Both the position numbers and the translations under genes were made by a program. From NCBI GenBank assembly GCA_035510635.1, contig DATKGU010000003.1, positions 662 to 64,661 on the forward strand: a stretch of 64,000 nt of DNA, read 5' to 3'. Positions 16,982 through 26,963 of this stretch are shown piece after piece (the first letter of the stretch is position 1; every line of letters starts with the position of its first letter). The DNA is from Minisyncoccota bacterium (lineage in GTDB: Bacteria > Patescibacteriota > Minisyncoccia > Phycocordibacterales > SBAW01). The notes beneath the pieces are model-generated. The model was given only the letters and a program-made list of their open reading frames with translations, was not told the DNA's origin and ran no database searches.

Positions 16982-17995
16982 ATGGCTTTTTTTACTCCAA
17001 AACTCGGCATCGACCTCGGCACTGCCAACACGCTGGTGTTTGTACCCGGCAAAGGGGTTATCCTCAACGAGCCTTCGGTGGTGGCAATCTCGGAGATAGA
17101 CAAGCGCATTTTGGCGGTTGGTTTTGCCGCTAAAGAGATGATCGGCCGCACACCGGGCGAGATTGTGGCGTACCGGCCGCTCCGCGACGGCGTGATTGCC
17201 GACTACCGCGTGACGCAAGCAATGCTGCGCTATTTTATACAAAAGGCGCTCGGGCGTTTCCAACTTTTTAAACCAGAGGTGATGATTAGCGTGCCAACCG
17301 GCGTCACTTCTACCGAACGGCGCGCGGTTGTGGAGGCCGCGATACGCGCGGGCGCTAAAAGCGCATATGTGGTTAAGGAGTCGGTGCTCGCGGCCATTGG
17401 CGCGGGCATCCCGATACAAGAGGCGCGTGGCAACATGGTGGTAGACCTCGGCGGCGGCACGTGCGATGTGGCGGTGATTAGCCTCGGCGGTATTGTCGCT
17501 TCGACAAGTGTTAAATGCGCGGGCGACAAGCTCGACCACGCGATTGCCGATTATATTAAAAAAACGTACAACCTCGGCATCGGCGAGAAGACCGCCGAGG
17601 ATGTAAAAATCGCCATCGGCTCGGCGGTGCCGATGGAGGAGGAGCTCGTGGTGATGGTACGCGGCCGCGATTTTATATCGGGCCTGCCGCGCACGGTGGA
17701 GATAAAAACCAACGACATCGTCAAAGCAATCGGCAAAGAACTCCGCGAAATTATCAAAGCAATACGCGATGTGTTGCAAGAGACGCCGCCGGAGCTCGCA
17801 TCCGACATTATCGATAGAGGCATCATCATGACCGGAGGCACTTCGATGTTGCGCAATTTTCCCGAGCTGGTACTGCGCCGCACGGGCGTTAAAGCCGAGG
17901 TTGCCAACGACCCGCTCTATTGCGTGGCGCGCGGCACAGGCATTGCACTCAACCATCTCGACACCTACAAAAAAGCAATCATCACAAAGAGGTAA
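16982..17995 (+). CDS. mreB: Rod shape-determining protein MreB (paralog 1, standalone).
   Basis: Actin-fold motifs GIDLGTANT, DLGGGTCDVAV, IMTGGTS. Confidence 0.9.
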   Translation: MAFFTPKLGIDLGTANTLVFVPGKGVILNEPSVVAISEIDKRILAVGFAAKEMIGRTPGEIVAYRPLRDGVIADYRVTQAMLRYFIQKALGRFQLFKPEVMISVPTGVTSTERRAVVEAAIRAGAKSAYVVKESVLAAIGAGIPIQEARGNMVVDLGGGTCDVAVISLGGIVASTSVKCAGDKLDHAIADYIKKTYNLGIGEKTAEDVKIAIGSAVPMEEELVVMVRGRDFISGLPRTVEIKTNDIVKAIGKELREIIKAIRDVLQETPPELASDIIDRGIIMTGGTSMLRNFPELVLRRTGVKAEVANDPLYCVARGTGIALNHLDTYKKAIITKR

Positions 17996-18004
17996 TATAT
18001 ACGC

Positions 18005-18691
18005 ATGGAGCATCATGCCTATTTTTTAGAAGGCGAGACAAACCTCTTACGGGAGGTGAGCAGCGATGTGCGCGCACGCGAGCATGTCAAAGCCAACGAC
18101 CCCGATTTTTTAGAGCGTGCATACGAAAAATTTGGTGTTGAGGAGGCGGCCGAGCTCAAAACGCTCGCGTCTTTTAGGTCGGCGGGAGAAAAGAGTTTTT
18201 TTATCATCGCAATTGCTTCTATTACTATCGAAGCACAACAGGCGTTGCTTAAACTCCTCGAGGAGCCTAGGTTGGGATTGACGCTTGTGCTCGTGGTGCC
18301 GCATGGCACACTCCTGCCAACGCTCCGCTCGCGCATGCTTGAGTATCCACATAAGTTGAAATTTGCTGAGCAAAATAGTCTGGTTGAGACGAAGTCGACC
18401 CGAGGACTTTTTGAGCAGAAAATTTCAACTTTCCTAAAAGCGCCCAACAAAGCGCGCAGTGCCACTATTACCGAACTACTCAAAGACGACGAGGGTACGC
18501 GCGAGCGCGTGCGTGCATTTTTAAATGCGCTCGAAGTTGAGCTTCATTCAAAACTATTAGAGTCACACGGCAAAAAAGAGTTTCGCGAAGCGCTCGAAGA
18601 TGTTGCACGCGTGCGCTCCTATGCGGGCGACCGCTCACCGTCGTTTAAAATGTTGCTCGAGCATTTGGCGTTGGCTTTGCCAAAGATATGA
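18005..18691 (+). CDS. holB: DNA polymerase III delta' subunit-like (short HolB).
   Basis: ALLKLLEEP and TLLPTLRSR motifs; 228 aa. Confidence 0.65.
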   Translation: MEHHAYFLEGETNLLREVSSDVRAREHVKANDPDFLERAYEKFGVEEAAELKTLASFRSAGEKSFFIIAIASITIEAQQALLKLLEEPRLGLTLVLVVPHGTLLPTLRSRMLEYPHKLKFAEQNSLVETKSTRGLFEQKISTFLKAPNKARSATITELLKDDEGTRERVRAFLNALEVELHSKLLESHGKKEFREALEDVARVRSYAGDRSPSFKMLLEHLALALPKI

Positions 18692-19365
18692 CGCCAAAAA
18701 AATTAGAGGAGCGGAAACTGCGCATACAAAAGCTGAACAAAGCGCTTTCCAAGCTGTATCCTCATGCAAAAATTGAGCTCAATTACAAAACCCCGTGGGA
18801 GCTTTTGGTGGCGGTGCAACTCTCGGCACAGTCGACCGACAAGCAGGTCAACAAGATTACCGAAAAGCTGTTTAAAAAATATAAAAAGTTAGAGGATTAC
18901 GTAAGGGCAGGCAAGAGCGAGAAGGGGAGGCGCGAGTTTGAAAAAGATATTTTTGCGTCGGGGTTTTATCGCAACAAAGCTAAAAGTATCTTGGCCTTGG
19001 CCAAGATCATAAAGGAAGACTTGCATGGGCGGATTCCTAAAGATATTACTATCTTAGTTACTCTACCCGGAATAGGCCGCAAAACCGCCAATGTCGTGCT
19101 CGCCGAGGCGTTTGGCGTACTTGCGGGCGTCACGGTGGACACGCATGTCATACGGTTTGTAAAAAGGTTTGACCTCTCAAGCGAAAAAACGCCCGAAAAA
19201 ATAGAAAAAGACTTGATGCAACTCCTGCCCAAACGCGAGTGGCGCACGTTTACGCACCGGGTTATATGGTATGGCCGGCGCATGGCGCCCGCGCGTATAT
19301 ATGACACCAGCAAAGACCCGTTGGTTAAAATCTACCCGCCGGCAGCCAAACTATTTAGAGTTTGA
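18688..19365 (+). CDS. nth: Endonuclease III-like HhH-GPD DNA glycosylase, completely cysteine-free (no 4Fe-4S cluster motif).
   Basis: WELLVAVQLSAQSTDKQVNK, LPGIGRKTANVV (catalytic Lys), VDTHV (Asp). Zero Cys in 225 aa. Confidence 0.8.
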   Translation: MTPKKLEERKLRIQKLNKALSKLYPHAKIELNYKTPWELLVAVQLSAQSTDKQVNKITEKLFKKYKKLEDYVRAGKSEKGRREFEKDIFASGFYRNKAKSILALAKIIKEDLHGRIPKDITILVTLPGIGRKTANVVLAEAFGVLAGVTVDTHVIRFVKRFDLSSEKTPEKIEKDLMQLLPKREWRTFTHRVIWYGRRMAPARIYDTSKDPLVKIYPPAAKLFRV

Positions 19366-19377
19366 TATAATGAGCTT

Positions 19378-19929
19378 ATGGCATACGATTTTAAAGTTTT
19401 TGATAAGCGGATTGCAGAGATTACTGAGCGGCTCAGTAAGGAGTTGGCAGGCGTGCGCACGGGGCGCGCGGGGCCGGCAATACTCGACGGTGTGTTGGTC
19501 GAGAGCTACGGCACGCGCGTGCCGATAACTCAGGTAGCTAATATATCGATAGAAGACGCGCGCACGTTGCGCATTGTGCCGTGGGACAAAAGCCTCGCTA
19601 AAGAAATTGAAAAGTCAATAACGAGTGCAAACCTCGGCCTCTCGGTTGGCATGGACGAGAAGGGCATCCGCGTATTTTTCCCTGAGCTCACCTCGGAGCG
19701 CCGCGTGTCATTAGTAAAACTCGCCAAAGAAAAAGTTGAAGAACTGCGCACTGCCTTGCGCGCCGCGCGCGACGATGTGTGGAGTGATATCCAAAAATTG
19801 GAGCGCGAGGGCAAGATGCCCGAGGACGACAAGTTTAAAGCAAAAGAGGACATGCAAAAGCGCGTTGATGCAGCGAATGCCGCGTTTGACACCGCGCTCG
19901 CGCGCAAAGAGAAGGAGATAGCGGGTTAA
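19378..19929 (+). CDS. frr: Ribosome recycling factor.
   Basis: Full-length RRF similarity (LDGVLVESYGTRVPITQVANISIEDARTL). Confidence 0.9.
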   Translation: MAYDFKVFDKRIAEITERLSKELAGVRTGRAGPAILDGVLVESYGTRVPITQVANISIEDARTLRIVPWDKSLAKEIEKSITSANLGLSVGMDEKGIRVFFPELTSERRVSLVKLAKEKVEELRTALRAARDDVWSDIQKLEREGKMPEDDKFKAKEDMQKRVDAANAAFDTALARKEKEIAG

Positions 19930-19947
19930 ATGCTATCATAAGTTGGC

Positions 19948-21096
19948 ATGACCTTCGTCTACTTTATTCTTATTTTGGTGGTGCTCGTTATTATCCACGA
20001 GTTTGGGCATTTTATTGTTGCCAAATTATCCGGCATATGCGTCGATGAGTTTGGCATATTTTTCCCGCCGCGCATTGCGGCAATAAAAAGAGGGGAGACC
20101 GAGTACTCTATCAACTGGCTGCCATTTGGCGGATTTGTAAAAATCTTTGGAGAGAATGGAGAAACAAACGAACGCAGCCCCGACGCTTTGGTCGGGGTTC
20201 CGACCTCCGAGGCGGAGCGTCGGAATTTCGTCAACAAGCCGCGCTACGTGCAGGCGGCCGTAATTGTTGCAGGCATCGTGTTTAATCTCATCTTTGCGTG
20301 GCTCGTGCTCTCGGCCGGCTACATGGCAGGCATCCCCACCTCGCCCGGCACCAACACTGTGGGCACGGTTACCAACGTGCAGGTGATGGTGACCGATGTG
20401 TTGCCCAGCTCTCCGGCCGAAAAATCTGGCCTCCTCGCCAGCGACCAAATAGAGGATATACAAACTGCCACGGCTGCGCTCGATGTGCGCTCGCTTGCAC
20501 AAACGCAAAACTCCGGCGCAGCTGATGCCGTGACCAATTTTATTTTGGCGCACCAAGACGAGAGCGTAGTCATCACGGTGTTGCGCGATGGACAGCAAAA
20601 AACATTTTTGGCAAAAGCCGCAGAGGGGATTGTTGCCGGGCACAAAGCCATAGGCGTTGAGCTTTCCGATGTTGGCACACTGAAGCTTGGCCTCCCGCAG
20701 GCACTCGTCCAAGGTGCAGTACTCGGCTACGACATCACCGTGAGCACTGCGCAGGGTCTCGCTACATTTTTTAAACAACTCATAACCCTCACCGCCAATT
20801 TTAACGACGTGTCGGGGCCAATAGGCATCACCGTGTTTGGCGCGGCAACGCTCAAGCAAGGCTGGGTAGCGGCAGCACTTTTAACCGCGCTTATCTCAAT
20901 TAATCTCGCCATCATAAATATCATCCCAATCCCCGGACTCGATGGCGGCCGCTTGCTTATCATTGGTATAGAAGCAGTAATCCGCCGCCCGGTAAACCCA
21001 AGTATTGTGATGAAAGCCACGATGGTGGGCTTTGCACTCCTCATCCTGCTTATGGTAGTCGTGTCCTATCACGACATAGTCCGCCTTGTGGGGTAA
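19948..21096 (+). CDS. rseP: RIP zinc metalloprotease RseP (site-2 protease).
   Basis: HEFGHFIVAK (HExxH) in the first TM helix; PDZ-like middle; multiple TM helices. Confidence 0.85.
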   Translation: MTFVYFILILVVLVIIHEFGHFIVAKLSGICVDEFGIFFPPRIAAIKRGETEYSINWLPFGGFVKIFGENGETNERSPDALVGVPTSEAERRNFVNKPRYVQAAVIVAGIVFNLIFAWLVLSAGYMAGIPTSPGTNTVGTVTNVQVMVTDVLPSSPAEKSGLLASDQIEDIQTATAALDVRSLAQTQNSGAADAVTNFILAHQDESVVITVLRDGQQKTFLAKAAEGIVAGHKAIGVELSDVGTLKLGLPQALVQGAVLGYDITVSTAQGLATFFKQLITLTANFNDVSGPIGITVFGAATLKQGWVAAALLTALISINLAIINIIPIPGLDGGRLLIIGIEAVIRRPVNPSIVMKATMVGFALLILLMVVVSYHDIVRLVG

Positions 21097-21184
21097 ATAA
21101 AAAAGCCCCGCACACTGTTCTGGGCAACAGATGTGCGGGACCAAGTTTGAAACAAAGAACTTTTCTTATTTTGTGCCGACGCGC

Positions 21185-22378
21185 TTACGCGGCGGCTTCG
21201 TCGAGCGGTTCCTCGCCTTCCTCGCGGAAGTAATAGAGGACGCTGCAGTCAGCCAGCGGGTTCCACTGCTTTCCGCTGTTATCCATATCCACGAGTTTGT
21301 GGATGAGAAGAATATCGCCCGGCCGCAGGAGCTTGAGCCCTTGTCGGTCGATGCGACCGGTGTCGGTCGTCTGATGGCGTAGTTGCACCTTCGTGATCTC
21401 GCGACCTTTGAAGGTGATGGGTTGCCGCAGTGTGGCGTAGCCCATCGCCGAACCGCCGGTGCCGTAGACAAACCAGTCCAACACGGCCTGTTTGTCCGAA
21501 GTTAAGGCGACCTTTGGTTCCGGCCTGATCCAGAAGTCTTCGTCGTCGTCCCATTTCTCGAGCGTGGCGCTGCGCACCAGCTCGCGGAACTTGGGCAAGA
21601 GCAGCATCTGCAGCCACTGCTCGATCGAAGGATGGCCGACATCCGGCACGAAGACGAATCCGTTGAGGATCTTTCGAACCTCGTCGCTACCGAACGCGGC
21701 AGCGACGCGTTTGTCTTCGCTTTTCAGCGTGTAGGGCGTCTTCGCAGTACGCTTGTACACGTACCCGCGCCAGCCGATGTCCTGCACCAGACGGAACTCG
21801 CCGTCCAGGTATATGATGAGAACGCGGTCGAGCGTGACCCTCCCGGTCTTGCTCACCGCTATGATGTCGGCGCGATTCGATCCGCACCGACTTTGCATTT
21901 GGGTGTCGACCCAGAGGACAACCCGCGGGATATTTTGTTCCGCCATCTCCTTGTTGTCGGAGACGATGCGGGAACGCACTTCGCATGGCGGCTCGCTGTG
22001 GACCACCAGGTCCCCATACGGGGCGACGTTCGCGGCAAGACGATACCTGTCGCCGTTTTCGCGTTGGGCGATAATTACCCGGTCATTGTCCTTGTGATGG
22101 GCGATTTCCAGCGCAAAGTTGGTGACCAACCTGTCCCGCAGATTGTTGCGGGCAAACGACGCCTTGTCGGTGTTCTCGATCTTGGCGACCTCTTTCCACC
22201 CATTCGCGAAATCCGGCAAACTGATGACGCCGGTCCGCTGGTCGATGGTAGGAACCACCTCCGTCTGCATGTTTTTGCCCGTGAAGGCCGTCACGAAGGC
22301 GATGACACCCGCGTGACTGAAATTGCGAGAGTTGGCTAGTGTTCTCGACATGACAAAACTCCGTGTCTTGCGGGGCAT
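21185..22378 (-). CDS. Hypothetical protein (397 aa), possible nucleic-acid-binding or nuclease-related; last gene of a 3-gene operon.
   Basis: No confident motif; C-terminal beta-rich segment ...ITFKGREITKVQLRHQ...LRPGDILLIHKL. Confidence 0.5.
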   Translation of the reverse strand: MPRKTRSFVMSRTLANSRNFSHAGVIAFVTAFTGKNMQTEVVPTIDQRTGVISLPDFANGWKEVAKIENTDKASFARNNLRDRLVTNFALEIAHHKDNDRVIIAQRENGDRYRLAANVAPYGDLVVHSEPPCEVRSRIVSDNKEMAEQNIPRVVLWVDTQMQSRCGSNRADIIAVSKTGRVTLDRVLIIYLDGEFRLVQDIGWRGYVYKRTAKTPYTLKSEDKRVAAAFGSDEVRKILNGFVFVPDVGHPSIEQWLQMLLLPKFRELVRSATLEKWDDDEDFWIRPEPKVALTSDKQAVLDWFVYGTGGSAMGYATLRQPITFKGREITKVQLRHQTTDTGRIDRQGLKLLRPGDILLIHKLVDMDNSGKQWNPLADCSVLYYFREEGEEPLDEAAA

Positions 22379-22467
22379 GAGCGCCCCACGATGTATTCTT
22401 TTTTCAGTGAACGATTCGTGTTGCCGAGTTCGACTCCCAGAGTCAAACCCAACATGCGAACCATTAC

Positions 22468-23496
22468 TTATTTGATGTTCAGCGCTTCGAGTCCTGCTCT
22501 GACTATTTTTTTAAACTCCTCCCACTCGATGCTCGAGGGCGTCACTTTATCGCTGTGCGAGCCGCCGTTAAGCAGCGAGTTGGTTGCCGGATCATAATAC
22601 CAGTATTCAACTTCTTTAATGCGGCCGGTTTGGCCAAGATATACTGGGTCATTACCAAGATCTATGCCGGCATTTTCTCCCTCGCGCAAACGGATAAGTG
22701 CTGCAACAATCGAGAGGTCGATTTTATGCTCCTGTTTTGTAAGGACGCATAAGTGATTGGTCTTTTCAGATTTTTGTATAACCACATCAGCATGCGGGCC
22801 GCTCATCGAGCGCAGGTACGTGGGCATAGCCGGCTTATCCGAAACTATGCACGACACGAGCAACTTTTTGTTTCCGTAGGTAACGGTAAACTCTTCATAT
22901 GCGCCTTCGGCGCGCTTGCGCTCAACCTCGGCAGGCAACTCAACATGGTGCTCTTGGGCTGATTGCCAGTGAGCTTCGAGGAGGGGGAGTATTGAGTCGA
23001 CCACATGTTGCGGATTTTTAGGATTTGCTTTGTTGAGCGATGCAATAAGTCCCGAGAGTCCAAACGCACGATCAAGCGGATCGCGTGATACCGTTCCTTT
23101 CCCTTGTTTATCATCACGATTGGTGTATGCAAGCAACTGTTGCAATGAACGATCGTTATACACGCCAAGATATCGTGCAACCAGTTCGGTCGTGGAGTAG
23201 TCGGAGCCATGATGGTCAAGCGGTCCGCCGCCCAAATCAATTGCCAATATATTTTGCTTCAGTAAACTTTCAAAGGTCTCATTGTTCTCCAATTGCGCGC
23301 GTACTTCAACGGTAGCATTTTCAATATCAGGGAATTTTTTTGCCCCAAATTTTTTGAGCAAGAAGATTGCCACGATAGTATCGGGCTGAGGACGGGTTGG
23401 CAACAGCATTTTCCACTGCTTTTCCACGGAAACAATTGTAGCATACATACTATAAAAAGTAAAGACCCCGGGCAGGATAGCTTGACATTGAGCCAA
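22468..23496 (-). CDS. Hypothetical protein with DLGGGPLDHHG motif (DHH-like phosphoesterase-like?). True start possibly M30.
   Basis: Motif AIDLGGGPLDHHGSDY; otherwise unrecognised. Confidence 0.45.
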   Translation of the reverse strand: MAQCQAILPGVFTFYSMYATIVSVEKQWKMLLPTRPQPDTIVAIFLLKKFGAKKFPDIENATVEVRAQLENNETFESLLKQNILAIDLGGGPLDHHGSDYSTTELVARYLGVYNDRSLQQLLAYTNRDDKQGKGTVSRDPLDRAFGLSGLIASLNKANPKNPQHVVDSILPLLEAHWQSAQEHHVELPAEVERKRAEGAYEEFTVTYGNKKLLVSCIVSDKPAMPTYLRSMSGPHADVVIQKSEKTNHLCVLTKQEHKIDLSIVAALIRLREGENAGIDLGNDPVYLGQTGRIKEVEYWYYDPATNSLLNGGSHSDKVTPSSIEWEEFKKIVRAGLEALNIK

Positions 23497-23529
23497 AGTA
23501 TCCTGTCCGGGGTAGTTTTTGTGCCCTTG

Positions 23530-24399
23530 TTAGGCCTTTTTCGCGTACTTCTCGGCGAGTTTGCCGAGCAGAGTCGGCATCACGTTGCCGAATACCTGGA
23601 GCCGAGCAATAAAGCGCTCAGAAAGTTTGCTCTTCTCCATGAGAAGAATTTCGTCCGCCGACCAGTCGTATCGGACGAACTCGCGACCCGACCCCCGTTG
23701 AATGGGGTTGGCGCCGGTCGTGTCGAACAACCGATCCATCTGCACCGGCTTCAATAGGCGTGCTTGAGGCATAAAGTGCAACCCCAGCCAAACCGCCTCG
23801 AACACGTCGTAGTTCGTCCGAGCCTCCAAGCGATCCACGAGTTCGCCCGGCATCCGGGCGAAGAGTTTCTTCATGTGCTCGAGATATACTTGATTTTCCG
23901 GCCCCACCGGGACGGTGAACTCGACGCCATCTGAACCCATTCTCTCTACATTGCCGTCCTTTCTCCGCCAAGAGGCGGGAGTGATGAGTGGGCGCGGAGT
24001 AAATTTGAGAGCCTCCGGTCTGTCTTTCAATGACCGGAATAATGGAATGGCCGGCTTAAGTTCGGCCAATTTCCCTCCGCGCACATATATATTGCGTGCG
24101 CGTGCTGCGCGGAAGAGCGCGAGGGCGGCCTCAGGATCGGGGTGTTCTTCCTTGGATAGTTGTTCGATTTGAGCCTGGAGATGGCACATCTTGGCGAAGG
24201 GGTCAACGACAATTGCCCCCCGCGCCTGTCTCAGTTCCTCCAAAGCTTCGCGCGCCTCTTCGCTGATGAGTGCGGCCTGTTCCAGAGCATGCATTTCTTC
24301 GGGTGAGATTTGCGCACCTTCGATAGCCTTTGCAGCTTGTGACTTTCCTGCTTCTTTGGCTTCGAGTGCTTGCTTTGCGAGTTCACGAAGTGATGACAT
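23530..24399 (-). CDS. Hypothetical protein with N-terminal coiled-coil.
   Basis: Helical EA-rich N-terminus; 33-nt gap to the next gene on the same strand. Confidence 0.5.
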   Translation of the reverse strand: MSSLRELAKQALEAKEAGKSQAAKAIEGAQISPEEMHALEQAALISEEAREALEELRQARGAIVVDPFAKMCHLQAQIEQLSKEEHPDPEAALALFRAARARNIYVRGGKLAELKPAIPLFRSLKDRPEALKFTPRPLITPASWRRKDGNVERMGSDGVEFTVPVGPENQVYLEHMKKLFARMPGELVDRLEARTNYDVFEAVWLGLHFMPQARLLKPVQMDRLFDTTGANPIQRGSGREFVRYDWSADEILLMEKSKLSERFIARLQVFGNVMPTLLGKLAEKYAKKA

Positions 24400-24629
24400 T
24401 GTTTTGTCTCTCTCTTAGTACCCGAGCCATTGTAAGAATGGACTGCGGTCGGTGGGTGGAGCCTCGTCGAGTGACGGGCCGGTACGCTTTTACAAGGAGC
24501 AAGGTTTGGGCGTGTTTGCCCGAACCAAGTCCAAAAAAAGCTTACTATATTTTACAGGAAAGTCAAGTTTCTTCCTGTTATATAAAGCTTTTTTGCCACC
24601 AATCGTTTTTGGCTCTACAATGAGTCCCT

Positions 24630-25883
24630 ATGCGGCAATCACAACTTTTTACAAAAACGCGGAGGGAGGCTCCTAAAGACGAGGTCGCTAAAAATGCACA
24701 GCTTTTACTGCGCGCGGGATACATCCACAAAGAGATGGCCGGCGTGTACGCGTATTTGCCATTGGGTCTCCGTGTGGTTGAAAAAATAAAAACAATCGTG
24801 CGCGAGGAGATGGACAAGATTGGCTGTCAGGAAATTATTATGACGAGCCTCCAGCGCAAAGAGCTGTGGGAAAAGACTTCGCGTTGGAGCGACGAGGTGG
24901 TTGATGTGTGGTTTAAATCGGCACTCAAAGCGGGCGGCGAGGTTGGCTTTGGCTGGTCGCACGAGGAGCCCATCGCCGAAATGATGAAAAACTACATCGC
25001 GAGTTACAAAGACTTGCCGATAGTGGTGTATCAGTTCCAAACCAAACTCCGCAACGAGTTGCGCGCCAAAAGCGGCATCATGCGCGGCAAAGAGTTTGTC
25101 ATGAAGGATGCGTACTCTTTTTCTCTAGGCGAGGCCGACCACACCAAGTTTTACAACGAGTCTATAGATGCCTACTTGCGCGTATTTGAGCGCGTGGGCA
25201 TTGGCGAAGACACCTTTGTAACGTTTGCCTCGGGCGGCGCGTTTACACAGTTTAGCCACGAGTTTCAAACTGTTGTCGACACCGGCGAGGACACTATTTA
25301 TATAAATAGAGAAAAAAAGATTGCCATTAACGAAGAGGTGCTCAACGATGAGACACTCAAATCTCTTAACGTGACGCGTGCAGAGTTGACCGAGGTAAAA
25401 ACCGCCGAGGTCGGCAATATTTTTAACTTTGGCACGCAAAAGTCGGAGGACCTCGGCCTCTATTACAAAAACGAAAAAGGCGAGGAGGTGCCGGTATGGA
25501 TGGGTTCCTACGGCATTGGTATCACGCGCCTCATGGGTTTGCTGGTGGAGAAGTTTGCCGACGAAAAGGGTATCGTGTGGCCCGAAAGTGTTGCACCGTT
25601 TCGTGTGCATCTTGTGGAGCTCAGCCAAGACAACGAAGATGTCGCCAACGAAGCTAAAGAGTTGTATCAAGAGCTTACCTCGGCGGGTGTTGAGGTGTTG
25701 TGGGATGATCGCGACGCGCGTGCAGGCGAGAAGTTTGCCGACAGCGATCTGCTTGGGTTGCCGCTGCGCGTTGTCGTGTCCGAAAAAACCTTGGCCGCCG
25801 GCAAGTTTGAGTGTGTTGATCGCAAGAGCGGCCATGTGTCGCATAAGAGTTTGCAGGAGCTGATAGGACATCTGACCGCGTAG
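24630..25883 (+). CDS. proS: Prolyl-tRNA synthetase (short form without editing insertion).
   Basis: Class II aaRS motifs; anticodon-binding C-terminus; 417 aa. Confidence 0.9.
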   Translation: MRQSQLFTKTRREAPKDEVAKNAQLLLRAGYIHKEMAGVYAYLPLGLRVVEKIKTIVREEMDKIGCQEIIMTSLQRKELWEKTSRWSDEVVDVWFKSALKAGGEVGFGWSHEEPIAEMMKNYIASYKDLPIVVYQFQTKLRNELRAKSGIMRGKEFVMKDAYSFSLGEADHTKFYNESIDAYLRVFERVGIGEDTFVTFASGGAFTQFSHEFQTVVDTGEDTIYINREKKIAINEEVLNDETLKSLNVTRAELTEVKTAEVGNIFNFGTQKSEDLGLYYKNEKGEEVPVWMGSYGIGITRLMGLLVEKFADEKGIVWPESVAPFRVHLVELSQDNEDVANEAKELYQELTSAGVEVLWDDRDARAGEKFADSDLLGLPLRVVVSEKTLAAGKFECVDRKSGHVSHKSLQELIGHLTA

Positions 25884-25907
25884 CCGAAGTACCGCCCGAA
25901 TATTTCG

Positions 25908-26963
25908 ATGTTTAAAAATTTTCAAAACAGATTTTTGCCGCTTATATCCAACGATGTAGGCATCGACCTTGGCACGGCCAACACGCTGGTATATCTGCGC
26001 GGCAAAGGCATTGTCGTAACCGAGCCGTCGGTGGTGGCGGTCAATCAAAAAACCGGCCAGGTGGTAGCGGTGGGCGCCGAGGCAAAGGCGATGCTCGGCC
26101 GCACGCCAGGGCACTTAGTGGCGGTGCGTCCGCTTATCGACGGCGTTGTGTCCGACTTTGAAGCAACCGAGGAGATGCTCGCCTATCTCATTAACCGCGC
26201 ACAAGGCGTGTCGCGCAAAATGCTGGGCCCTCGTGCGGTCATTGGCGTACCGTCCGGCATTACCAACGTGGAGATACGCGCCGTTAAAGATGCGGCGCAA
26301 AACGCGGGCGCGCGCGAGGTACATATAGTAGAGGAGCCGATGGCCGCGGCGCTCGGCATACGCTTGCCGGTGCGCGAAGCGATGGGCAGCATGATTGTCG
26401 ACATCGGCGGCGGCACGGTTGATATTGCGGTCATCAGTTTGGGAGGTATTGTCCGCTCTAAAAATTTGCGCGTCGCAGGCGACAAGCTCAATCAAGACAT
26501 CATTTCTTATGTACGCTCTGAGTTTAAAATTTTAATAGGGGAGAAGACTGCCGAAAACGTAAAGATGGCGATAGGCACCGCCATCGAGGGCGGCGAGCAC
26601 ATGGAGGCCATCATACGCGGCCGCGACCTCATCACAGGCTTGCCGCGCGAGATTATCATTACCGACTCGGACATTCGCGAGGCAATCTCGCAATCGATAG
26701 ATACGCTGGTTGAGTCGGTGCGCGAGGTGCTTGAGACAACGCCGCCCGAGATTCTCTCCGATATCATGCACTCAGGCATTGTGCTCGTGGGCGGCGGCGC
26801 ATTGCTCAAAGGGCTCGACAGCTTGCTCGCGCAATGGCTCAAAGTGCCCGTATTGGTAGCCGACGACCCGCTCACGGCCGTGGCGCGCGGCACCGGAGTT
26901 ATTTTGGAAAATTTAGAGGCGCATCGCGACGTATTTCTCGAACATGACGACGATATCTCCTAA
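25908..26963 (+). CDS. mreB: Rod shape-determining protein MreB (paralog 2, in the mreBCD-mrdA operon).
   Basis: GIDLGTANT, DIGGGTVDIAV, VLVGGGA motifs; followed by mreC. Confidence 0.9.
   Translation: MFKNFQNRFLPLISNDVGIDLGTANTLVYLRGKGIVVTEPSVVAVNQKTGQVVAVGAEAKAMLGRTPGHLVAVRPLIDGVVSDFEATEEMLAYLINRAQGVSRKMLGPRAVIGVPSGITNVEIRAVKDAAQNAGAREVHIVEEPMAAALGIRLPVREAMGSMIVDIGGGTVDIAVISLGGIVRSKNLRVAGDKLNQDIISYVRSEFKILIGEKTAENVKMAIGTAIEGGEHMEAIIRGRDLITGLPREIIITDSDIREAISQSIDTLVESVREVLETTPPEILSDIMHSGIVLVGGGALLKGLDSLLAQWLKVPVLVADDPLTAVARGTGVILENLEAHRDVFLEHDDDIS

Noticed and set aside
16937-18016. 359-aa minus-strand ORF
   Set aside because: Entirely antisense to mreB/holB, which have strong homology; typical high-GC shadow ORF.
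20026-20859. 277-aa minus-strand ORF
   Set aside because: Antisense to rseP.
21632-22339. 235-aa plus-strand ORF
   Set aside because: Antisense to the 397-aa hypothetical gene, which has better start context and continuity within the operon. Either strand is possible, but the minus-strand trio is more parsimonious.
25125-26114. 329-aa minus-strand ORF
   Set aside because: Antisense to proS and mreB2; no motif.
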